A stretch of DNA of 64,000 nucleotides from assembly GCA_036405415.1 (NCBI GenBank), contig DASWXP010000002.1, positions 208,351 to 272,350 on the forward strand, written 5' to 3'. Position numbers and translations under genes: made by a program. How positions within the stretch are numbered: the first letter of the stretch is position 1; each line of letters starts with the position of its first letter. This DNA comes from Minisyncoccota bacterium. GTDB taxonomy: Bacteria; Patescibacteriota; Minisyncoccia; Phycocordibacterales; Phycocordibacteraceae. Below, piece by piece: positions 8,993 to 17,533 of this stretch. The notes beneath the pieces were generated by a model. The model saw nothing but the letters and a program-made list of their open reading frames with translations, ran no database searches and had not been told where the DNA came from.

Positions 8993-9694
8993 TTATGGAC
9001 TTAGACGAATACTGTGCCTCTGAATCACGGAACGCAATTTTAATAAGGCAATCCATGCAGTGGGATGGCACTGCCTGATTTTTCCAGGACTAGTACAAAA
9101 GCACTTGCTCATTTCCGTTACCCGCTCTCTTCCCGAAAGAACCGCGCGTATGCGATCCCATTTTTTGTCCTTGCGCAGTTGACGGAGACACACCTGAACG
9201 TCCTCAACAGTTCCATTACCACTAGCGAAGGACTGGAAGACACCAGCTGCGCCATGCGCGTATTCTCCCCACGGCCACTTATGGTATTTGTCGAAATAAG
9301 TCTGCTCGTACAGGAAAGGGACTACGAGCTGATCGAGATACTTTATAAAAGAATAGCCTGTCCTTAGGAATTCTTGTTTCTCGACCGGTCCGCACAAGCA
9401 AGCATTACCACTCGTATAAAAGTGCCGATCTAGGACTTTTTCTATCGTGTCATCTTCCACTGTGAGGATAGGAATATCGTCAGCTTCCTTTCCTGGCTTA
9501 ATACGTATCTTATATGTCGCAGTAAGCACCTCACCTGGCGCAACCTGTCCGGACTGAATTAACCATGTAAAACCTGTCTTTGAATCGTACGCGGCAGTAA
9601 AAGTGAGACTGCCACTCACCTCACTACCGTCGGGACTAACGCTTAAGGTCGGGAGCTTTTCTTTAAGCCACTGCTTCTCACTTTCCGGAATCAT
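8993..9694 (-). CDS. Prokaryotic E2-like protein with C-terminal SEC-C-like Zn motif (CBASS ancillary, E2-only Cap2-like)
   Basis: RHFYTSGNACLC resembles the E2 active-site H-x-x-x-x-G-x-x-C-L; WPWGEYAHG; CFCTSPGKIRQCH is SEC-C-like; overlaps the CD-NTase stop by 17 nt. Confidence 0.72.
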   Translation of the reverse strand: MIPESEKQWLKEKLPTLSVSPDGSEVSGSLTFTAAYDSKTGFTWLIQSGQVAPGEVLTATYKIRIKPGKEADDIPILTVEDDTIEKVLDRHFYTSGNACLCGPVEKQEFLRTGYSFIKYLDQLVVPFLYEQTYFDKYHKWPWGEYAHGAAGVFQSFASGNGTVEDVQVCLRQLRKDKKWDRIRAVLSGRERVTEMSKCFCTSPGKIRQCHPTAWIALLKLRSVIQRHSIRLSP

Positions 9695-10592
9695 AGCCAC
9701 CCCAAGGTCGGTTTGGCGTGAAAGTATTCCCCGCCGTATATGCAACCGATGCTGCTGCCGCAGTGCGTACTGACTTCGAGGTTTCGCCTGTGTCCACAAA
9801 GGCCTCCTGCCAGTCTTCGACCTCATCCGAATCCTTGATTCTCTCAAGAACTACTTCAGCTGCCTGAGAAATAGCTCTCTTATCTGAATCTTCAACCAGC
9901 TGAGAAACAATGTTGTTTGTGTTCGCCGGATCAACAAGCTGCATAGAAGCAAAGTCATCCTTGAAAGACTCCATTACTTTAAGGAATGCCTTTCGAAGAT
10001 CACCCTTACTCTGATAACCAGAGAGAGCTTCTACAACGAACAGTTCCAGTACGAACGTCTTGATCTTCAAGTTATTACGATAAGCCCAGAGCTTGACCAG
10101 TCGAATCATCGGAACGCAGCCACTGTTCACGATATAATCAATATGTACTTTCAGATTCGTTTGCATTCTCTGCTTATCGCCGTTTACCAGATGGATGAAG
10201 ACGTCTTTGGTGTCTGTGATGAAACGTCCTGGAACCACGTCGATGTGGAAGTCGCCGGGAGCATCCGAGCCTTTCAGATCCAAGATACGTTCTGCCGATG
10301 CTTTGTGCGTAAGCAAATACTTCTCAGCAAGACGACTCGCCACGTCTTCGCGAATCTCCTTCAGAGAGCGTTCGTCTGAGCTTGGAAAATAGCAAACGAT
10401 GTCGAGGTCGTACCGATCACAAATCATTGTGCCCTTTCCCCTTGATCCGGCATATTTTATTACTGGATCATCACCAAATTCTTCACGAAGAAACTCGGTC
10501 ACTTCCTTCTTGTGCGCCTGCAAAGCTTCCTCCTGAGAATCCGAGAGATTCTGCGAAGCAAGCAGGTCATCCAAATATTCGTTAGGTGTCAT
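9678..10592 (-). CDS. cGAS/DncV-like nucleotidyltransferase (CD-NTase, SMODS) of CBASS
   Basis: YAGSRGKGTMI..RYDLDIV (hGS...DxD), IDVVP, IRLVKLW, LELFV, DPANTNN; flexible tail ending PNRPWGGYDSGK; adjacent SAVED effector. Confidence 0.9.
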   Translation of the reverse strand: MTPNEYLDDLLASQNLSDSQEEALQAHKKEVTEFLREEFGDDPVIKYAGSRGKGTMICDRYDLDIVCYFPSSDERSLKEIREDVASRLAEKYLLTHKASAERILDLKGSDAPGDFHIDVVPGRFITDTKDVFIHLVNGDKQRMQTNLKVHIDYIVNSGCVPMIRLVKLWAYRNNLKIKTFVLELFVVEALSGYQSKGDLRKAFLKVMESFKDDFASMQLVDPANTNNIVSQLVEDSDKRAISQAAEVVLERIKDSDEVEDWQEAFVDTGETSKSVRTAAAASVAYTAGNTFTPNRPWGGYDSGK

Positions 10593-10601
10593 ACGATTCT
10601 T

Positions 10602-11771
10602 TTAGTTAATTGTTAATGCTAATTCGTACCCCTCTTCGATACGGTCATACACATGCAATTGAGGGCTTACATCTTTAAGTAATTCCCGTCCGCAAATTAC
10701 CGCAACAGGTGCAGGAACTGCAGCAAAGAGATGAAGCTTACTTTTTGCTCCGTGTTCGTTTTCAATTGCCCTGAGTGCGGACTGATATGTCCGCTGGAAA
10801 GCGTGCAAGGTCTCCTTGGTGGTCACAATCGAACGTCCTGGCTCTCTATCAACGGGAGCTATTTCATAAATGGTGAATTCAGCATCAATACTATTGGGCA
10901 ATGTGTCCGTCCCTATCTTGCCGCTCAACGATAGGAGTAGGGCGACTTTCTCCCGATCTGTACCCTGCTGAATTTGTTTACACTCAAACTGTACGGGATC
11001 TTCACTGCGCCACCGCCAGCCAGCCGGTTCATCTCTATGGTGCTGATAGAAATCTGACGCAATTTTATCACCCAAAGCGTTACCGAGGTGAACAAGAACT
11101 GGTATCCGGGCAAGAGGAAATACCGAAAGATGTCCGACTTGACGGCGTTCTATAGCGGGAGAAATCTGCCGTTCTACAACTTCATTCACTTTCGCGACAG
11201 CTGCAGTCCAGTAACTACCATCGACTTCCTGAGGCAAGGACTGCAAGTCAATCTCGATTGCTCGGTCATCACCCAGGTAACGAGGGTACCTACCTGCATC
11301 CAGAACAGCAGTTCGCACTTCCTCATTTGAGATAGAGACTGCGTCTCCTCGAATATTACCCATTATTCGAAGAACTACGGTCTCATGCTCGACACCCAAA
11401 CCTGTGAGGTACCTAATACGTGATTCGTGCTCGTGCTTATACTTGAGCAGAAGATCTTTCGGATACTGATCCACCTTATCGATAACTGCATGGCACTTGG
11501 TGCAAAGGAGCATGAGATTTGAAATCTGATTCCTTTCTGCAATTGGCATAGGATCATTACCCCGAGGACCACCCTTTGATCGCGCCACTATATGGGCGAT
11601 ATTAGAAAGCCTTACCTCATTGGTGGTCAGTTCATCTTCAAGCAGATACGCATTACATCCGTGAAATTCGCATCTACCACCTGCACGCGTCCACAGCTCA
11701 AAAACCACCGCGTCAGTGGCCTTAATCTTTGGAGCCTCTGTTGGCTCTGCTGCTGTGGCTGAGGTAGGCAT
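10602..11771 (-). CDS. cap5: HNH endonuclease-SAVED CBASS effector (Cap5-like)
   Basis: N-terminal LW.RAGGRCEF.GC, AHIVA..GGPRG, NLMLLC.KCH..ID (HNH); C-terminal HLSVFPLARIP, YQHHR, LSLSG, LHLFAAVP...G (SAVED). Confidence 0.9.
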   Translation of the reverse strand: MPTSATAAEPTEAPKIKATDAVVFELWTRAGGRCEFHGCNAYLLEDELTTNEVRLSNIAHIVARSKGGPRGNDPMPIAERNQISNLMLLCTKCHAVIDKVDQYPKDLLLKYKHEHESRIRYLTGLGVEHETVVLRIMGNIRGDAVSISNEEVRTAVLDAGRYPRYLGDDRAIEIDLQSLPQEVDGSYWTAAVAKVNEVVERQISPAIERRQVGHLSVFPLARIPVLVHLGNALGDKIASDFYQHHRDEPAGWRWRSEDPVQFECKQIQQGTDREKVALLLSLSGKIGTDTLPNSIDAEFTIYEIAPVDREPGRSIVTTKETLHAFQRTYQSALRAIENEHGAKSKLHLFAAVPAPVAVICGRELLKDVSPQLHVYDRIEEGYELALTIN

Positions 11772-11772
11772 A

Positions 11773-11982
11773 CTATTTCTTTCTACGGTTGTATGGCGAC
11801 TGATTTGGCGGCGCAAGCTTAATCTTCTTTTCAGAAGCCTTCGCACGTACTCCTGCTTCAGGCCTACCGAGCTTAAGCCCAATCACGCGCGTTGGCGTAT
11901 TACCCTTTGCGAGCTCTTTGAGCTGCTTCACCTCTTCGGGGTTCCACTTCTTACCTGCATTTTTAATGTACTTCTTCGTCAT
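11773..11982 (-). CDS. Small basic HTH-like protein (Myb/GcrA-N-like), 69 aa
   Basis: W-x-x-EE-x-x-x-L-x-x-L...TPTRVIGLKLGRPE..V..KA; 1-2 nt spacing to both neighbours. Confidence 0.75.
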   Translation of the reverse strand: MTKKYIKNAGKKWNPEEVKQLKELAKGNTPTRVIGLKLGRPEAGVRAKASEKKIKLAPPNQSPYNRRKK

Positions 11983-11984
11983 AC

Positions 11985-12632
11985 CTAAAATTGATTCTTA
12001 ATAATTCCCACTACTTTCCCGCTCAAGAGGAATTCATCGCCCTCATGAATGAAGATTGGTAGGTATTTCTCCGTTGAATCTGCCTCCAGTACGATGCGGT
12101 TGTGCGCCTTATCCTCGCGGTAACGCTTAATTGTGGCGAGTCCGTCGATCACCGCCACGACAATGTCCCCATTTCGGTATGTCTTCTGTTCGCTATCAAC
12201 CAACACGAAGTCACCACTTTCAATGGTCTTACCTGCTTCCACTTCCGCCTTGTTCATCGAATCGCCGTCAGCAATAAGAGCATAGAGACCCTTCTTGTTG
12301 CGCGGAAGAAGCGAAGAGGAAATCTTGAGATACTGATCCACGTTCTCCTCGGCAAAGATGGCTGCGGGACCGCAGTTCGCTGCACCAACCACAGGCAGAG
12401 AGTAGATTGGGCTCGGACTTGCCTTGCTGTACCCCTTGTTTACGAGACGAATTATCCCCTCTTCCAGATTCATCTGAATTAGTCCCGCCTTCTCAAGCTG
12501 CTGAAGGTGGTACTTGGCGGTCTGGGGCTTTCCTGCCGCGCCAAGCATGTCCGCGATCTTGCGCAGGCTGTAGGAACCGAAGTCCTTGTGGGTCGCAATG
12601 AGGTCTAGAAGCTGCTTTTGTATTCGATGCAT
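11985..12632 (-). CDS. LexA-like repressor (N-terminal wHTH plus S24 peptidase)
   Basis: SLRKIADML...YHLQQLEKAGLI; LPVVGAANCG cleavage-site region (Cys-Gly); GDSM (Ser) and ATIKRY (Lys) catalytic dyad. Confidence 0.88.
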   Translation of the reverse strand: MHRIQKQLLDLIATHKDFGSYSLRKIADMLGAAGKPQTAKYHLQQLEKAGLIQMNLEEGIIRLVNKGYSKASPSPIYSLPVVGAANCGPAAIFAEENVDQYLKISSSLLPRNKKGLYALIADGDSMNKAEVEAGKTIESGDFVLVDSEQKTYRNGDIVVAVIDGLATIKRYREDKAHNRIVLEADSTEKYLPIFIHEGDEFLLSGKVVGIIKNQF

Positions 12633-12638
12633 ACCCCT

Positions 12639-12705
12639 ATTATAGCAAATCTCAGAGTAAAATGCAAATATTTATTTGACATTTTACACTCTTAGCAATT
12701 ATACT
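12639..12705. promoter_or_regulatory. Back-to-back divergent sigma70 promoters with a palindromic operator
   Basis: Leftward TTGCAT(12667-12662)-17-TATAAT(12644-12639) with +1 at about the repressor ATG; rightward TTGACA(12676-12681)-18-TATACT(12700-12705); inverted repeat GTAAAATG-CAAATA-TT-TATTTG-A-CATTTTAC covers both -35 boxes. Confidence 0.75.
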
Positions 12706-12816
12706 TGAGACACAGAAAGAGGCATCTAGTTAAAAGCCTGCGATACTAGCTCCCGATTGAGGAGACGTTCCCTTGAAAGAGGCGCGGTTGACCTTACAAC
12801 TAGATGTCACTGCCGT

Positions 12817-14091
12817 ATGCAAAGACTCTCTTGGACTACGGTCCAGAAGCGAGTGAACGACCTCGTTCCCCAAGATGTGAATCCTCGTTCTATAACCGAC
12901 CATCAGATGGCGGATCTTAAGCGCAGTCTTAAGAAGTACAACTTGGTAGAGATTCCAGCCATCGATACCAATGGAAATATTCTCGCAGGTCATCAACGTA
13001 TCAAAGCGCTTCAGCTTCTTGGCCGAGGCGATGAACTAATAGATGTACGCTTCCCTTCTCGGAAGCTCACCGAGCAAGAGTCAAAAGAATATCTCATAGC
13101 CTCCAACAAGCTTGGCGGTGATTGGGACTTTGATCTTCTGAAATCGTTCGACCTAACCACGCTTGAATTCGCGGGCTTCGATGAGATAGAGATCGGAGAG
13201 ATATGGGACAAGGATAAGGAAGTAGCAGACGACGAGTTCGATGTTGAAAATGAGCTGAAACAAATTAAGAAACCCAAGACTAAGCTTGGAGACGTAATCA
13301 CTCTAGGCCACCATAGAATCCTCTGCGGAGACTCGACCAAATCTGAGAACCTTAAGCGGCTCCTGGGCAATCAGAAGGCTTCAATGATTTACTCCGACCC
13401 TGTCTATAATCTCGACATCAATTATGACGGTGGGGTTAGCGGGAATAAGGAGTACGGTGGCAAGGTAAACGATTCTCGCTCCTTCGAGGAATATCGAACC
13501 TTCCTGAGAGACAGTATGGAAGCGGCACTAGCCGTGTCCTCGAAAGATACCCATGTCTTCTACTGGTGCGATCAGGTATATATCGGCGTGGTTCAGGAGA
13601 TCTATAGAACGCTTGGCATAACCAATAAGCGCGTATGTCTCTGGCTTAAGAACAATCACAATCCAGTCCCTAGTGTGGCGTTCAACAAGGTATACGAGCC
13701 AGTAGTGTACGGAGTTCGTGGAAAGCCTTATTTAGCTGACACCATGCAGAATCTGAATGAGGTCATGAACAAGGAGATGAGCTCAGGGAATGACCTACTT
13801 GATGAAGTAGATGTCTGGACTGCAAAGCGTCTTTCAGCGAAAGACTATGAGCACGCCACCTCTAAGCCGCCTCAGCTCCACGAGCGAGCCATTAAGCGCT
13901 GCACGAAGCCAGGAGACATCATCCTTGATAGCTTCCTTGGATCAGGCAGTACGCTTATAGCCGGAGAGTCACTCGGTCGCAAGGTTTACGGCTGCGAGCT
14001 TGAACCGCAGTTCTGTGATCTTATCGTACGTAGGTACGAGAAGATGACAGGTAAGAAAGCAGTGTATGAAAAAGACCAAAGCACTGCTTGA
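12817..14091 (+). CDS. ParB-like N-terminal domain plus N4/N6 DNA methyltransferase (phage/MGE type)
   Basis: NPR.I...L..SL, ILAGHQR (ParB/Srx); LGHHRILCGDST, SDPVYN (DPPY-like), H.TSKP, DSFLGSGSTL, ELEPQFCD. Confidence 0.88.
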   Translation: MQRLSWTTVQKRVNDLVPQDVNPRSITDHQMADLKRSLKKYNLVEIPAIDTNGNILAGHQRIKALQLLGRGDELIDVRFPSRKLTEQESKEYLIASNKLGGDWDFDLLKSFDLTTLEFAGFDEIEIGEIWDKDKEVADDEFDVENELKQIKKPKTKLGDVITLGHHRILCGDSTKSENLKRLLGNQKASMIYSDPVYNLDINYDGGVSGNKEYGGKVNDSRSFEEYRTFLRDSMEAALAVSSKDTHVFYWCDQVYIGVVQEIYRTLGITNKRVCLWLKNNHNPVPSVAFNKVYEPVVYGVRGKPYLADTMQNLNEVMNKEMSSGNDLLDEVDVWTAKRLSAKDYEHATSKPPQLHERAIKRCTKPGDIILDSFLGSGSTLIAGESLGRKVYGCELEPQFCDLIVRRYEKMTGKKAVYEKDQSTA

Positions 14092-14650
14092 TAGGCTTGT
14101 AGAAGAACTCGAGAAAACTCCACTGATCCAAATTGCTTGCGACAAAGTCGGTATTTCCAGAAACACCTTCTATCGCTGGATGAAGGAGGACGAGGACTTT
14201 CTCGCTCGTGTTAATGAAGCCGTATCACTAGGTACGGGTCTTGTTAGTGACGTGGCCATAAGCAACGTACTGGAAGGCATCAAGAAGAAAGATGCCATGT
14301 ATACGAAGTATTGGCTAAGCCACAAACATCCTGACTTCCGGCGACCATATGTTCATAGGATCGATGCAGATGATCTCCTTCTACACTCTCGCCTTCTTGC
14401 TGAAGGAGCTCAGAAACATAAGGTTGAGCAACAGATAGCGAATTCACGCGGGTACATCGATGAAGAGATGTCACGGAGACAGGAAGCAGAAGTCGATGAC
14501 TTTATGGAGAAGTGGGATCACATCGTAGCCAAGGGAGACGAAGAACGCGCCAAAGTCTTATTCGAGAAGTGGAAGAAGGAATACGAGACTCAAGTGCCAG
14601 ACACTCCTCCACCCGACAATAAGAAGCCTCGTAAGAAGAGCTGGCGGTAA
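14066..14650 (+). CDS. HTH protein resembling a terminase small subunit N-terminus
   Basis: IQIACDKVGISRNTFYRW.KED.DF...A...KYWL; coupled to the MTase as in phage packaging modules. Confidence 0.6.
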   Translation: MKKTKALLDRLVEELEKTPLIQIACDKVGISRNTFYRWMKEDEDFLARVNEAVSLGTGLVSDVAISNVLEGIKKKDAMYTKYWLSHKHPDFRRPYVHRIDADDLLLHSRLLAEGAQKHKVEQQIANSRGYIDEEMSRRQEAEVDDFMEKWDHIVAKGDEERAKVLFEKWKKEYETQVPDTPPPDNKKPRKKSWR

Positions 14651-14893
14651 TTACTCTTTCCCTTGATCTGCAAGAAGCTTCTTCCCTACCGGAGAATCGA
14701 CTGGGATCATACCCGTTGATCCACACACTGGACATGCTTTATATCGAGAGGTTGATCGCCATATTGAGTAGATAACTCCCGGAATGATGAAGCAGAGGAA
14801 TAGAACTATCTCTATCAACATACTTCCCTTAATTGCCGTACGAGGACTACCTACGTGTCCGCATGACGCACATATCATTTCTTGCTTAGCCAT
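14651..14893 (-). CDS. Small membrane protein with CxxC-TM-CxxC
   Basis: CASCGH...IEIVLFLCFIIPGVIYSIWR...CPVCG. Confidence 0.75.
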   Translation of the reverse strand: MAKQEMICASCGHVGSPRTAIKGSMLIEIVLFLCFIIPGVIYSIWRSTSRYKACPVCGSTGMIPVDSPVGKKLLADQGKE

Positions 14894-14937
14894 TTTGTTG
14901 TTGGTTCGGTTTTGTAATTCCCGATGGCCAGATACAC

Positions 14938-15027
14938 AAAAATCCCGCCACCAGGAGGACCCTTACGAGTATCCCTACCTAAGTTTCCCTAGGTAACCGA
15001 ACCAACGACCCTGATGACGGGGTTTTT
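14938..15027 (-). ncRNA. C4/CI-like antisense RNA embedded in the leader of the small membrane gene
   Basis: Closing stem AAAAACCCCGUCAUCAGG/CCUGGUGGCGGGAUUUUU, GAAA-tetraloop hairpin, single-stranded GUUGGUUCGG complementary to CCGAACCAAC sites upstream and just before the ATG. Confidence 0.6.
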
Positions 15028-15227
15028 ACGTTGGTTCGGATTTTCGACCATATCCTTTGGAAACCAAAGGGGTTAGGCCATTTTTATTTAATTGTAGGCA
15101 GGTTCCCCTGCCGTCTTCTAATGGTATCGCAGTTCTTAGGGTTTGCTAAGCCTGTCCACGACCATGCGACGAATCCCTAGTTCTGCATAGACTATGCACC
15201 GGCCACCTGTCTGGCATCAATTACTAG

Positions 15228-15530
15228 GTGGAGGACAGGGACAAAATACTAGATAAAGCAGACCATTACCGTTTTACGAAAGAAGCCGACAGTGCCTACC
15301 TGAACCGTATTTCCTTTCTTCCCCACCCTAAGGAAGATCTGAAGCGGGCGATTATTGAACGGATTGAGGAGCTAATAGCCACCTACACCTCCCTGGCCAC
15401 CTACGTCCCTGATGAACTAATTGATTGGCTCAATACCCATCAAAGAACGAATAAAAATCGACGGGTCTACCTGAAAGTATTACGAGACATGGAGAGCCTC
15501 CGAAAGGAGGCTCTTACTAAATTGAAATAG
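15228..15530 (+). CDS. Hypothetical protein (100 aa) upstream of the recombinase
   Basis: GTG-start ORF ending 6 nt before the recombinase. Confidence 0.5.
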   Translation: MEDRDKILDKADHYRFTKEADSAYLNRISFLPHPKEDLKRAIIERIEELIATYTSLATYVPDELIDWLNTHQRTNKNRRVYLKVLRDMESLRKEALTKLK

Positions 15531-15536
15531 CGATAT

Positions 15537-16859
15537 ATGCAAACAGATCAATTTTCAGCCTTAATAGGCCAAGCAAACATACCCATAGCAGTTAAGGTTA
15601 AGTACGTCCTCTATGCCCGTAAATCTACCGAGTCCGACGAGAAGCAAGCACTGTCCATAGATTCTCAAGTGAAGGAGATGATGCAAATAGCCGAACGGGA
15701 GAATCTGGAAATCGTAGATATAAGACGAGAAGCCCATTCAGCCAAAGACTCAGGGCAAAGACCCGTATTCAAAGAAATTCTAGAAGACCTAAGAAGAGAA
15801 CGATTCAATGGAATCCTGGTCTGGCATCCCGACCGTTTAAGCAGAAACGCTGGTGATCTTGGGTCAGTCGTAGATCTAATGGATGAGAGACGGCTAGTCC
15901 AAATACGCACGTATGGACAGACATTTACGAATACACCGAGCGAGAAGTTTCTCCTGATGATTCTGTGTTCCCAAGCAAAACTAGAAAATGACAATAAAAG
16001 TATCAACGTAAAACGAGGACTGAAGACGAGAGTAGAAATGGGACTCTGGCCAGCTCCTGCCCCAACTGGATATCTCAAAGAAAAACGAATGGACCGAAAA
16101 TGCGAGACATTGATAGATCCAGAACGAGGACCGATTATAAAGAAAGTTTTCGAGAAAGTAGCGTATGAGAAGTGGAGTGGCAGGAAGATCTATAACTGGC
16201 TCAAGTTTGATCTGAACTTTAAGACCGCTGCGGGAAACAAGAATCTGAGTCTAAGTAACATTTTCACCATCCTTGAAAATCATTTCTATTACGGAGTATT
16301 TGAATATCCGAAGAACTCGGGAAACTGGTATCAGGGCAAACACGAGCCACTTGTTTCCAAAGAGCTGTTCGATCTAGTTCAGGAGCAGGTTAAGAGCCAG
16401 TTCGTTAGATCGGAGAATAAGGAGTTTGCGTTTACTCGACTAATTACCTGTGGCCTTTGTGGCTCGGGAATAACGGCTGACGAGAAGTTTAAGAAGCAGA
16501 AGAACGGGAATGTTCATCGCCACGTCTACTACGGATGTAACAAGTCAAAAGATAGAGCGTGCAAGAGCGGCTATATAAATGAGCCAGCACTTATAGATCA
16601 ATTCGTGGAACTTATGGATCGAATAGATATTAGCGAGATAGGAGTTAAGGAAAAGATAAAGTCTGAGGTTGAGCGACTGAGGAAATTCCAGCAGTCTTTT
16701 CTGGGCATTAAGAGTAAAACTGAGATCAGGGATATAGATATACGGAACTATGCAAAATACCTTCTGCGCGAAGGAGCTGATACTGAAAAACGAGAATTAC
16801 TCGGATGTTTAAGGAGCAAGATTCTTTTAAAGGAGAAAGTCATTACTTTATCTCCATAA
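15537..16859 (+). CDS. Large serine recombinase (resolvase, recombinase and Zn-ribbon domains)
   Basis: YARKSTE (catalytic Ser), SAK..GQRPVF, DRLSRN, G.W...AP.GY, HEPLVS.ELF, CGLCG...YYGC. Confidence 0.95.
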   Translation: MQTDQFSALIGQANIPIAVKVKYVLYARKSTESDEKQALSIDSQVKEMMQIAERENLEIVDIRREAHSAKDSGQRPVFKEILEDLRRERFNGILVWHPDRLSRNAGDLGSVVDLMDERRLVQIRTYGQTFTNTPSEKFLLMILCSQAKLENDNKSINVKRGLKTRVEMGLWPAPAPTGYLKEKRMDRKCETLIDPERGPIIKKVFEKVAYEKWSGRKIYNWLKFDLNFKTAAGNKNLSLSNIFTILENHFYYGVFEYPKNSGNWYQGKHEPLVSKELFDLVQEQVKSQFVRSENKEFAFTRLITCGLCGSGITADEKFKKQKNGNVHRHVYYGCNKSKDRACKSGYINEPALIDQFVELMDRIDISEIGVKEKIKSEVERLRKFQQSFLGIKSKTEIRDIDIRNYAKYLLREGADTEKRELLGCLRSKILLKEKVITLSP

Positions 16860-16892
16860 CAAAAAGAGGCCCATATGGGCCTCTTTTTGTTA
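16857..16892. terminator. Bidirectional intrinsic terminator (perfect 36-bp palindrome)
   Basis: TAACAAAAAGAGGCCCATATGGGCCTCTTTTTGTTA between convergent genes. Confidence 0.85.
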
Positions 16893-16904
16893 GCTCTATG
16901 CTGT

Positions 16905-17531
16905 CTAGATTAGAATCAATAACAGTCCTGCTAGTGCCGCCATTCCAAAGTCCTCAATGAGAGTAATCTTGGTAAGCGGTACTTTAAGGAACGTACCCAG
17001 ACACGCACACAAGAATTCTTCCTTGCGAGCAATCTTGATAGCGACTCCAAGGCCGCTGAATAGCATAACAAGAAGCTCTACCCAGAGCAGAGCTGGGTTA
17101 TGTATTCCAGCAAGCATGAGGAGACCGAATGCGAGTTCAAGGAATGGATAGATATATCCATATCCCATCCACTTCTGCGCCAATAGGTCATACGTTGAAT
17201 ACCCCTCAGCGAATCCCTTTAGATCTAGGAGCTTGAAGCCTGCAAAGACGATAAAGAATCCTGCCATGAAGTACCCGATGGTACTGGTGAGCGCAAAGGT
17301 ATCGTTGTAGTAGTCAGCTAGAGATACGGCAATGGTTGATGCCGTCAGGAGGCTGAAGATAACGATAAGCGGTATATAACTCTTCCAAGTTATTGGACCC
17401 AGTCCTCGATCTTCCATTACATGCTTGGGCGTTGCTTTTTCGCTACCTTCAGGCACGAGAACCATCCCACACTTAGGACACTTACCAGGACCTTCCTGGC
17501 GAATCTCTGGATGCATCGGACAGATATACAT
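16905..17531 (-). CDS. Heavy-metal-binding domain plus MauE/DoxX-like membrane domain protein
   Basis: YICPMHPEI...PGKCPKCGM.L; FKLLDLKGFA..Y..YD, YPFLE, CACLG, ED motifs. Confidence 0.85.
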   Translation of the reverse strand: MYICPMHPEIRQEGPGKCPKCGMVLVPEGSEKATPKHVMEDRGLGPITWKSYIPLIVIFSLLTASTIAVSLADYYNDTFALTSTIGYFMAGFFIVFAGFKLLDLKGFAEGYSTYDLLAQKWMGYGYIYPFLELAFGLLMLAGIHNPALLWVELLVMLFSGLGVAIKIARKEEFLCACLGTFLKVPLTKITLIEDFGMAALAGLLLILI

Positions 17532-17533
17532 AC

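Noticed and set aside
12817-14091. Restriction-modification system
   Set aside because: No cognate REase; the nearby HNH belongs to the SAVED effector.
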